Positions 33,829 to 40,686 of a DNA stretch of 40,686 nt are shown here, piece by piece (the first letter of the stretch is position 1; each line of letters starts with the position of its first letter). The stretch is taken from IMG/VR virus record IMGVR_UViG_3300031965_000075, positions 1 to 40,686 of that record; one strand, 5' to 3'. Made by a program: the position numbers and the translations under genes. Source of the stretch: a virus (Duplodnaviria; Caudoviricetes). A model generated the notes under the pieces. That model ran no database searches, was not told the origin of the DNA, and saw nothing but the letters and a program-made list of their open reading frames with translations.

Positions 33829-34801
33829 CGTCGGACTCCTTGCTGTAGGTGATCCGCAACGGGCGAATGCCCGGCGTGGTGGTGGTGAAGAGGTCGTGGA
33901 TGACCTCGAGCTCGGCGACGTCGGCGCCCATCTGCTCGAGCCGGGCCCGGTAGGCGGCGGCGATCTCCTCCCAGCCCACTTGGTGGCGGTCCGCCTGGTG
34001 GCGGTAGCTGATGCGGAAGCCATCGCCCCGAACGGTGGCGACGTCGATCAGCTCATGGCGCAGCGAGTGCTCGAGCTCCTTCTTCACCGCCTCGACCTGA
34101 TCGAAGTTGGTCCGGACCCCGCGTAGTTGGGCGACGAGGGCCGTGATCGTGTCGGAAGCCTCGACCTCGCCCTCGCGCAGTGGCACCGGCCGCGGGCCCA
34201 GGTCGGTCAGGTCCGGTGGCAGGCTCTTGGCCTGCACGGCGGACCAGAAGGCCGTCTCCATCCCCAGCAGATCAGCCTGGATGTCGGCGTCGCGCTCGAT
34301 GGTGTAGGTCCGCAGGTCCGATCCGGCGAAGAGCACGACGACGTCGGCGACCTCGTAGCCGGTCACGGCCATCTGGTGTTCGACCTGGATGCGCACATGG
34401 TCGGGGACCTCGTCGCTGCCGTCGGCACCCCACTCGTCGGAGGCGAAGCGTGCCGTCTTGATCTCCACCAGGCGCATCTCGCCGATCACCACCCGGTCGA
34501 GGCTGGCGAGCATCCAAGGCAGCTCGCGGTGGCGCAGCATGCGTCGTACCCGCCTGACCTTGCGGCCGGTCTTCTCGCTGTAGGCGGTGGCGACCACGGC
34601 CTCCAGCGCGATGCCGAACTTCATCGGGCGCGTCTCGATGACGGGCGCGGCCCAGCCCACCTTCTCCGCGAAGAGCGTTCGGATGTCACCCCACGGCGAC
34701 ACCCCGGCGATGACCGCGGCGTCCGATGATCCGATCCCGTCCTGGCGGCGCTTGCGCCACTCGGGCGTGCGTTGGCGTTCAGGGAGGGCGATGGCGGTCA
34801 T
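33815..34801 (-). CDS. YqaJ-like viral recombinase exonuclease
   Basis: 'W...R..GIGSSD...I.G.SPW', 'ASLD', 'VEIKT', 'Q..HQM.V.G'. Confidence 0.93.
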   Translation of the reverse strand: MTAIALPERQRTPEWRKRRQDGIGSSDAAVIAGVSPWGDIRTLFAEKVGWAAPVIETRPMKFGIALEAVVATAYSEKTGRKVRRVRRMLRHRELPWMLASLDRVVIGEMRLVEIKTARFASDEWGADGSDEVPDHVRIQVEHQMAVTGYEVADVVVLFAGSDLRTYTIERDADIQADLLGMETAFWSAVQAKSLPPDLTDLGPRPVPLREGEVEASDTITALVAQLRGVRTNFDQVEAVKKELEHSLRHELIDVATVRGDGFRISYRHQADRHQVGWEEIAAAYRARLEQMGADVAELEVIHDLFTTTTPGIRPLRITYSKESDDAPL

Positions 34802-35742
34802 GACAGGAACGCCACGACATCGGCCCAGCGGTCCAATGTCTTCTGTAGGAGCTCGCGACCGATCCGCTCATTCTCGACCGCCGCCGTCCACGCGTTCTCG
34901 TCGCGCTCGGCCTCCACCTCAGCCCGGATCAGGGCGTCGATGGTCGGTGGGTCCAGCGCGTCTAGCTCCCAGGACTCGCGCCCGTACTTCGCGACGTAGC
35001 CCTCGAAGCGCGAGCTGGTCTGCTTGGCCGAGTTCGGTGGCGGGCTGTAGAGCCTTACCTGGTCCATGTTCAGCGCGATGCGCCGGATCTCCAGGTCATC
35101 GGGGTCATAGCCGTCGCCGTCGAGGAATGTGCGGAACCGATCCTCGATGTCGCGACTCATGTCGATGCCCTCGGGGTCGTGGTCGCCCAGGTGCAGGATC
35201 ACGACCCGCTCGGCTCCGTCGTCGAAGTAGCCGCCGATGCGCTGGGCGGCCTGCCAGGCGTTCGAGGTGCTGTTATAGCCGCGACATGCAAAGTACGGAA
35301 GGTCGAGGTCATTGGCGGGGCGGGCGATCACGTCGACGAGGGCGTCCTTCTCGATCCAGACCTCCATGCGCAGCGGCTGGGTGTCCCACTTCGAGGTACG
35401 GAACTGGGGCATGACCGCATCGACGAAGGTCTTGGCGTTGCCCGGACCGTCAGCATCGGGCGAGCCCCAATGAGGGAGCTGCTGCAGCCGCCGCGTTCGA
35501 TCGACGATGTAGTCCCAGTCGATCAGGCCGGCGTATCGCGCATCGTCCACGATGGAGCCGAGGCGCTTGTATTCACTCTGGCGGTTGGCGATCAGGCCGC
35601 GACTGACGAACTGGTAGTAGAGCTGTCGAAGCGTCAGGCTGTAACCAGCCGCGGCATACTCCGCGCAGATCACGTTGGCCTGGTGGATGATCGGCAACGT
35701 GGCGGGGCGGAACGCAATCTCCCGATAGACGATGGCGGTCAT
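34798..35742 (-). CDS. TOPRIM-domain protein (Topo VI-A/Spo11/JetD-like)
   Basis: Start 35742 after GGAGG. 'TLRQLYY', 'EVWIEKDAL', 'RGY.S', 'HLGDHDP.G', 'WELDAL'. Confidence 0.8.
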   Translation of the reverse strand: MTAIVYREIAFRPATLPIIHQANVICAEYAAAGYSLTLRQLYYQFVSRGLIANRQSEYKRLGSIVDDARYAGLIDWDYIVDRTRRLQQLPHWGSPDADGPGNAKTFVDAVMPQFRTSKWDTQPLRMEVWIEKDALVDVIARPANDLDLPYFACRGYNSTSNAWQAAQRIGGYFDDGAERVVILHLGDHDPEGIDMSRDIEDRFRTFLDGDGYDPDDLEIRRIALNMDQVRLYSPPPNSAKQTSSRFEGYVAKYGRESWELDALDPPTIDALIRAEVEAERDENAWTAAVENERIGRELLQKTLDRWADVVAFLS

Positions 35743-36443
35743 GCCTGCTTCCTCCATGCCGCCGCGTCGGGGCACGATGAGAAGTGCGAGACGCCATCCG
35801 GATCCACCGGCGCCCGCTTGCCGCGCGGAGTGACGGCCCACAGGATCAGCGCTTGGCAGGAGCGGCAGCGTGACGACTTATCGCCGGGCGTCCAGCCCTC
35901 GGGCACCAGGAAGCGATCGCCCTCCGGCGTGATGTGCTCGAAGGTGGAGGCGCCTGTCCCCGGCTCTCTCGGCGCCTCCGTGGGGCTAGCAGCCGCGGCA
36001 GGTGCTAGGTCCGTTGCAACCTGCTCGGCCCGGGGTCCCTGCGCAATGCCGACCTGGCGCTCTTCCTCGGGGCTCATCGGGCGGCCGATCAGGGCAGGGT
36101 CGCCGGGCCGGATGCACCTGCGGACGTCGTGGATGCGGTAGCCGTCGCGGCCGAGCTCCTCGATCAGGATCGGCGCCAGCATGGCGGCGTACTCGTCGAT
36201 CTCGGCCGGCGTCCAGGGGACCTTGGCGTCGAGGGCGAACTGCATCAGCGCGGTGACCAGCACCTGCGGCAGCGTCCGGCGCGGCTTCAGGACGCCGTGG
36301 TCCCGCAGCAGCGCCATGTACTGGTCGCCGTCGTAGGACGGCGTGCCGCCGCCGGCCTCGACCCAGCACTGGTAGGCCGTGGAGCGCGACGTCGCCGCAT
36401 CGCGGGGGCGGGCAGTGGGCCGCGGGCGTGCGGTGACGGTCAT
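35739..36443 (-). CDS. Hypothetical protein with C-terminal Zn ribbon
   Basis: Start 36443 (TGATG); 'CRSC...I.W..T..GK..PVD......HFSSCP'. Confidence 0.65.
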   Translation of the reverse strand: MTVTARPRPTARPRDAATSRSTAYQCWVEAGGGTPSYDGDQYMALLRDHGVLKPRRTLPQVLVTALMQFALDAKVPWTPAEIDEYAAMLAPILIEELGRDGYRIHDVRRCIRPGDPALIGRPMSPEEERQVGIAQGPRAEQVATDLAPAAAASPTEAPREPGTGASTFEHITPEGDRFLVPEGWTPGDKSSRCRSCQALILWAVTPRGKRAPVDPDGVSHFSSCPDAAAWRKQA

Positions 36444-36673
36444 CAACGGTCCAGCCCGTGCTGCTCGCGCAGCCACTGCGATGCAGCCACTGCGGCCCGG
36501 ACGCTCTCGAAGGCGGGGCCCACAAACTCGCGCATGCGTCCGCCATCCCGTAGCCAGACGACTCGCCACGCGCCGGCCAGATCCCGCGCCACTCCACAAT
36601 CGCCGGCATCGGCTGGACGCGGCACGCTGGTCAGGGCGGTGAGCTGCGCGGCGGTCACTTCGGCGCCAGCCAT
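36443..36673 (-). CDS. Hypothetical protein
   Basis: Short coupled ORF; the true start may be GTG 36658. Confidence 0.5.
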   Translation of the reverse strand: MAGAEVTAAQLTALTSVPRPADAGDCGVARDLAGAWRVVWLRDGGRMREFVGPAFESVRAAVAASQWLREQHGLDR

Positions 36674-36795
36674 TCGTGGATGCCGCCGCCGATCGTCTCG
36701 CCGATGCCCTGCGCCAGGGTCACGAGCAGGACGAAGGCGATGGCGGCTGCGAAGCCGAGGACGAGGGTGCTGACGCTGATGCCGGGTGAGTGCAT
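36655..36795 (-). CDS. 46-aa membrane peptide
   Basis: MHSPGISVSTLVLGFAAAIAFVLLVTLAQG...; GGAG RBS; below the ORF-track cutoff. Confidence 0.5.
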   Translation of the reverse strand: MHSPGISVSTLVLGFAAAIAFVLLVTLAQGIGETIGGGIHEWLAPK

Positions 36796-36841
36796 CGGGT
36801 TGTCTCCGTAGATGGCCATCCCCTGCGGGCGTGGCCGTGGG

Positions 36842-37129
36842 CTAGGTGGATCGACCGTCGAGCCGGCCGGCAGCCGCGCGCAGATGGACGAGCAGCTGCA
36901 TCAGCCGGGCGTGGGTGTCGTGGACGGACCGGATCGCCTCGTAGACCGCGGCGTCCTTGTCGACGTGGGTGAGGATCTGCAGGGCCGCCCCGTTGGCGTA
37001 CATCGCCTCGGTGGCGAGGGCCTGCCAGTCCATGAGGTCGCCGACCAGCTGGTGGCGCTCGACCTCGATGCGGACCGGGCGGCGCTGTCCGTTGGTGGGG
37101 GCCTTCGGGCGGGCGACTGTTGCGGTCAT
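36842..37129 (-). CDS. Hypothetical protein
   Basis: 95 aa, ATGA-coupled to the cro-like gene. Confidence 0.55.
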   Translation of the reverse strand: MTATVARPKAPTNGQRRPVRIEVERHQLVGDLMDWQALATEAMYANGAALQILTHVDKDAAVYEAIRSVHDTHARLMQLLVHLRAAAGRLDGRST

Positions 37130-37383
37130 GACGCGACCTTCTCGGCTGTCACTGCAGCGGCAGCAGGACCGTCCGTGGGCTCTGACTGACTCAGTGACAT
37201 GACGAGGCCTGGGAGCAGCTCGGGAAAGGCACGGGCCGCTCGCATCGAGATCGCCTCGGAGAGCTCGAGGCTTCCCAGCTTGATGCTGGTCCAGGTCGAG
37301 CGCGCGACGCCGAGCTTCTCCGCCATCTCGCGGTCTTTCAGCCCCTCGCGTCGCTGGATCCTGATAAGGTGTTCGCGCATCAC
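37126..37383 (-). CDS. Cro-like HTH regulator
   Basis: 'GL.D.EMAEKLGVARSTW..IK.G' HTH; divergent from the repressor. Confidence 0.8.
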   Translation of the reverse strand: MMREHLIRIQRREGLKDREMAEKLGVARSTWTSIKLGSLELSEAISMRAARAFPELLPGLVMSLSQSEPTDGPAAAAVTAEKVAS

Positions 37384-37463
37384 GTCAGGACTCTGACACA
37401 GCGCAACGCCCGTGTCAAGCGGTTTGTCACATTGCTGACGCGCTGTCGTATGGTGCGCGTCAG
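37384..37463. promoter_or_regulatory. Divergent promoter/operator region (genetic switch)
   Basis: - strand: TTGACA(37418-37413)-N17-CAGAGT-N6-GTG. + strand: TATGGT (37449-37454) 9 nt before ATG. Inverted repeats TGACAC/GTGTCA and CTGACGCG/CGCGTCAG. Confidence 0.75.
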
Positions 37464-37919
37464 ATGAACGAGCGCGCCAGCGATTGGCTCAAGCGGCACC
37501 GTACAGCCGCGGGCTTCACCAAGCAGGACACCCTCTCGCGGGTGCTCGGGCTGAGCCGCGGTGCCGTGGGCAACTGGGAATCGGGGCGAGGCGGCCCCGG
37601 CCCGGCCGTCGTGCCCGCGCTGGCGGCCGCTCTCGGCGTGCCTCAGTCGGAGATCGTGGCGGTCTTCGGCATCAAGATGCGTGGCGACATCCGCACGCCA
37701 GTGCCCGCATGGGCCGAGGAGCTGATCACCGAGGTCCGAGCTATGCGGCAGGCCCTTGAGCGGCAGGCCCCGTTGGTCGCTGGCTGGAAACAGGTCGCGG
37801 AGAAGGTCGAAGAGCTGGCGGCGAATCAACTCCTGTCGTCCGGCGAAGGATCCCCAACGCAAGGTGCCGGCGCAGCTCGCCGGGCGAAGGCCGGTCCTCG
37901 GGTGGCAGCATCGCGATGA
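37464..37919 (+). CDS. CI-like XRE repressor
   Basis: 'L...R..AG...Q..L...LG.SR..V.NWE.G...P......LA.AL' HTH_XRE; no S24 peptidase domain. Confidence 0.85.
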   Translation: MNERASDWLKRHRTAAGFTKQDTLSRVLGLSRGAVGNWESGRGGPGPAVVPALAAALGVPQSEIVAVFGIKMRGDIRTPVPAWAEELITEVRAMRQALERQAPLVAGWKQVAEKVEELAANQLLSSGEGSPTQGAGAARRAKAGPRVAASR

Positions 37920-38110
37920 GGGCCGAGGAGAGGGCGAAGGCCTCCTCCAGCAGTTCCAGAAAGGTTGGCTCGGTGCTCACGGGGCTCCCCTCCGCTCCGG
38001 CTCTCATTAGCGTCTCGGGCCGGCTGAGACGGTTGCCTCGTCGAGGGCTCTGCATCGTCGGCGGAGGGCGTGACAGGTAGGGTGTCTGGCACCGATAGGG
38101 GAGGACGCAG

Positions 38111-38377
38111 ATGGATACAGGCGAGCTTCTGATCTACTGGGCGATCGCCGCCGGCGTCGTCGGCTTCATCGCCAGCCAACGAAGCCATGGCTTCGTTGGC
38201 TACTTCCTGCTGTCGTTGCTGCTGAGCCCCCTGATCGGGCTCGTCGTTCTGTTGCTCCAGAAGAGAGGGGATGAGCCTGCGCGGGCACCCTGCTGGCAAT
38301 GCAAGGAGGGCGTGGTGGTTGGGGCATCGAAGTGCCCGCACTGCGGCGCGGAGCTCATCTGGCCCGAGACCACATGA
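38111..38377 (+). CDS. Small membrane protein with C-terminal zinc ribbon
   Basis: Two TM segments, then C..C.E.V...A.KCPHCG; GGAGG RBS. Confidence 0.75.
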   Translation: MDTGELLIYWAIAAGVVGFIASQRSHGFVGYFLLSLLLSPLIGLVVLLLQKRGDEPARAPCWQCKEGVVVGASKCPHCGAELIWPETT

Positions 38378-39273
38378 GGTGGCGCACCGACACGGGAGAA
38401 GTGATGGAGCGCACGCTGCCCCGCTGGCGGTTGGATTGGCGGATGTTGGCGATCGTCATTGCGGTCTCGCTGCTCCTCATCGACGCTGCCGAGGTCGCCA
38501 AGGTGGTCCGCTTCTGGATCCTCACCGGCGGCCAACAGGATTGGGGCAACATCGCCTTCCTCGATCCGCTGCGGCCGTTCGATGTACATGGCTACGTCTG
38601 GTCGCCGCTCGCAGCGTGGCCGCTCGAGGTCATCGCATGGATCGGCTATCCCGCCTGGACCGCGGCCCACTTCGCAGTCCTGCTGCTGATCCGTGACTGG
38701 CGGATCGCCGTTGTCTACGTCCTATGGTGGCCGTTCTGGAACGATGCGATGACCGGCAACAGCATCACCTTTGCCTTCGTGGCCGCCTGGCTAGCACTGT
38801 CCGGCAGCCGGTGGGGAACCTACGCCTTCATGGTCTTGACTCTGCTCATGCCCCGCCCGCTGATGCTGCCAACCCTGGCGTGGCTACTCTGGAAGCGGCC
38901 CGAGACACGCATCCCGTTCGCCTCGTTGTTCGTAGTTCACGCGGGTCTGGTCCTCGCCTCCGGCCAGCTCGGGGACTGGATCCGCAACGTGCAGTCAGTC
39001 AGCGCCTGGGAGATGACGCGGACCCTCAATGTCGCGCCGTCTCGGCTGATCGGGATCGCATGGGCGCCAACTGCCGCCGTCCTGGCCATGTGGTTGACGT
39101 GGAAGGGCCGGATCGGCTTCGCATCGCTGGCCGCCTGCGTCTATCTCCACGCCTTCTATCTGGGCTTCGCCCTGCTTGAGTTTCAACCCCGTGAGCTCAG
39201 GTCCCGATCAGCCGATAGGAGATCCGCGGCATCGAGTACAGCGTCCCCGGCGTCCCGGTCTTGGTGGCGATGA
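38374..39273 (+). CDS. Multi-pass membrane glycosyltransferase, GT-C/GT87-like
   Basis: ATGA-coupled start. 'D.....', 'YVWSP..AW', 'W.PF..D...GN' and 'P.P' motifs with many TM helices. Confidence 0.6.
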   Translation: MRWRTDTGEVMERTLPRWRLDWRMLAIVIAVSLLLIDAAEVAKVVRFWILTGGQQDWGNIAFLDPLRPFDVHGYVWSPLAAWPLEVIAWIGYPAWTAAHFAVLLLIRDWRIAVVYVLWWPFWNDAMTGNSITFAFVAAWLALSGSRWGTYAFMVLTLLMPRPLMLPTLAWLLWKRPETRIPFASLFVVHAGLVLASGQLGDWIRNVQSVSAWEMTRTLNVAPSRLIGIAWAPTAAVLAMWLTWKGRIGFASLAACVYLHAFYLGFALLEFQPRELRSRSADRRSAASSTASPASRSWWR

Positions 39274-40501
39274 CCTGGAGTTGAAAGTCGCTGGTCGTCA
39301 CCACGGCGTTGATCGCGTCCGACGCCTGGCGGTAGGCGTCCGATGCTCCCGAGTTGATGGTGATGGTCCCGATGGCGGCGCTCGTCGCCGGCTGCGGAAT
39401 GAGGGTGCAGACCCACTTGTGCGACGCCCCCAGCGCCGTGCCGCCTGCCACCAGGAAGGTCATCCAGAAGGTCTCGACCCAGATCGCCATCGAACCGGCG
39501 AGCGGCATCGCCACCCGGTTGACGCTGGTGGTGGCGCCGATGGGCAGCGCTACAGCGGGCGGGATCGGATCGGTATAGAGGGTCGTCGTCAGCCAGCGGG
39601 TACCGTCGTAGAAGAAGAGCAGGTTCAGGTCGGTGCGGTAGAACTTGGCGTTCGTCGCGGGCGAGCCGGGGAACGCGGTACCCTCGGAGTAGCCGGCGGC
39701 GGCGGACCCGCCCGCCACATAGGCCACGATGGCGGTGTTCGCGGCGTTGACCGTGAAGTCGCCGGTAGACCCGCCCGAGTAGCGCGCCTGGAGCTTGACG
39801 GTGGCGGGGGAGGCCAGAACGATGCGCCACACCTGAATGACGTTCAGGCGATCCCCGGTGATGCCGGCCGGGGTCAGGATCGCAAAGTCCGCCTCGTCCA
39901 CACCATCGACGTCGAGGATGCCCTCGAAGCTGCGGTCCGAAGCGTTGTCGGTCACGTCGAAGACGCCGGTCACGATGTAGGTGCCGGCGACCAAAGAGAG
40001 CGTTGCTCCCGCTACGTCCTGAGCGGTGCCGGTAACGGTCAAGTCGCCGGTGGCGACGGCACGCGACGAATCGCCGGCCGCATGGGTGTGATCGCCGGCC
40101 GCCACTTGAGTCGCGCCCTCTCCGAAGTCAATGTTGACGTCGGTCTCATCGTTGCCGGCGTCATCGGTAGCCACGATGCCGGTCGCGAAGTTGAGCTTCG
40201 AGCGGGCGGAGAGCGGTGTGCCGTCCTCCTCGATGGTATGGCCGCCGCCGCCCGCCACCCACGTCCCGTCACCGGCCAGCCGGTCCTCCGCATCGCCCGA
40301 CAGCGGCGGCAGCAGGCCAGAGTGGGCCGCGGTCGCCAGCTTCTGGTCAGTCCCGATCGCCTCGGTGTGCTCCGGGCCGTCGAGCGCATGCTGCGGGGCG
40401 GCCAGCACCGTGCCGCCGCCGATGGCGGTGGGGATGTTCAGCTCGGCCGCGCGGCGCAGCCGCTTGTCGATCTCCTTGACGAGGTAGGTGCGCTTCGGCA
40501 T
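39197..40501 (-). CDS. Tail fibre/minor tail protein
   Basis: 434 aa, G/T/A-rich modular protein (H..H spacer motifs, 'GTAFPGSP.....YRTD....F.YDGTRW'); last gene of the late operon. Confidence 0.75.
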   Translation of the reverse strand: MPKRTYLVKEIDKRLRRAAELNIPTAIGGGTVLAAPQHALDGPEHTEAIGTDQKLATAAHSGLLPPLSGDAEDRLAGDGTWVAGGGGHTIEEDGTPLSARSKLNFATGIVATDDAGNDETDVNIDFGEGATQVAAGDHTHAAGDSSRAVATGDLTVTGTAQDVAGATLSLVAGTYIVTGVFDVTDNASDRSFEGILDVDGVDEADFAILTPAGITGDRLNVIQVWRIVLASPATVKLQARYSGGSTGDFTVNAANTAIVAYVAGGSAAAGYSEGTAFPGSPATNAKFYRTDLNLLFFYDGTRWLTTTLYTDPIPPAVALPIGATTSVNRVAMPLAGSMAIWVETFWMTFLVAGGTALGASHKWVCTLIPQPATSAAIGTITINSGASDAYRQASDAINAVVTTSDFQLQVIATKTGTPGTLYSMPRISYRLIGT

Positions 40502-40686
40502 CAGGCCATCCTCACCGCGATCGTGCCTCTGATGAGGTTGAGCGTTCCACCGCTCCAGGTCCCGATGGGCGCCGCAGCGGCCGTCGAGCGCAGGGAGGTC
40601 AGCATCTGGTAGATCTGGTTCTTGTTGCCCGCCTTGTTGACGGTCGTCCCCTCCGGGTATCCACCGTCGGTCGGCCAGCCAACACT
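40501..40686 (-). CDS. C-terminus of a tail-associated protein (5'-truncated)
   Basis: Open frame ...VGWPTDGGYPEGTTVNK...IAVRMA* whose TGA overlaps the next ATG. Confidence 0.6.
   Translation of the reverse strand, partial: SVGWPTDGGYPEGTTVNKAGNKNQIYQMLTSLRSTAAAAPIGTWSGGTLNLIRGTIAVRMA

Noticed and set aside
185-40612. Numerous long + strand ORFs (e.g. 1878-3323, 14048-15787, 15928-17739, 39176-40612)
   Set aside because: Antisense shadows of clearly identifiable - strand genes in high-GC DNA; no recognisable motifs.
1-40686. Direct circular closure of the window ends
   Set aside because: Joining base 1 to base 40686 creates an immediate TAG in the hub gene frame and no terminal repeat is visible, so sequence is missing.

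Overview
The window is almost all of a high-GC temperate siphovirus genome with an HK97-fold capsid, circularly permuted. It opens inside a tail-hub gene and ends inside a downstream tail gene, and the two ends do not join in frame, so some tail sequence is missing. Nearly all genes are on the - strand and are tightly coupled by ATGA/TGATG overlaps. In transcription order (right to left): immunity switch (cro-like 37126-37383 / cI-like 37464-37919); early recombination and replication genes (TOPRIM, YqaJ, RecT, nucleases); xis-int; an intact attP (3' half of tRNA-Asn flanked by arm repeats); lysis genes (C39-like peptidase, holin-like proteins); HNH and terS; a sugar-modification/glycosyltransferase cassette; terL and portal; a Gly/Thr repeat fibre module; S49 protease; capsid; two more glycosyltransferases; head-tail genes; tail genes and tape measure. 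A small + strand cassette (Zn-ribbon membrane protein and GT87-like transferase) lies between the repressor and the tail fibre. Two systems stand out. (1) The portal protein ends in a Mu Com-like zinc finger, and the downstream protease/capsid leader has a 13-bp hairpin that buries the Shine-Dalgarno and overlaps tandem GAGNNCC motifs, suggesting portal-dependent translational activation of head genes. (2) A probable virion-glycosylation pathway of four soluble GTs, a WbmG/H-like SDR and an Asn-synthase-like amidase, with a Thr/Ser-rich repeat protein as candidate acceptor. All functional calls come from motif recognition by eye; no searches were run. The host cannot be determined from this window.
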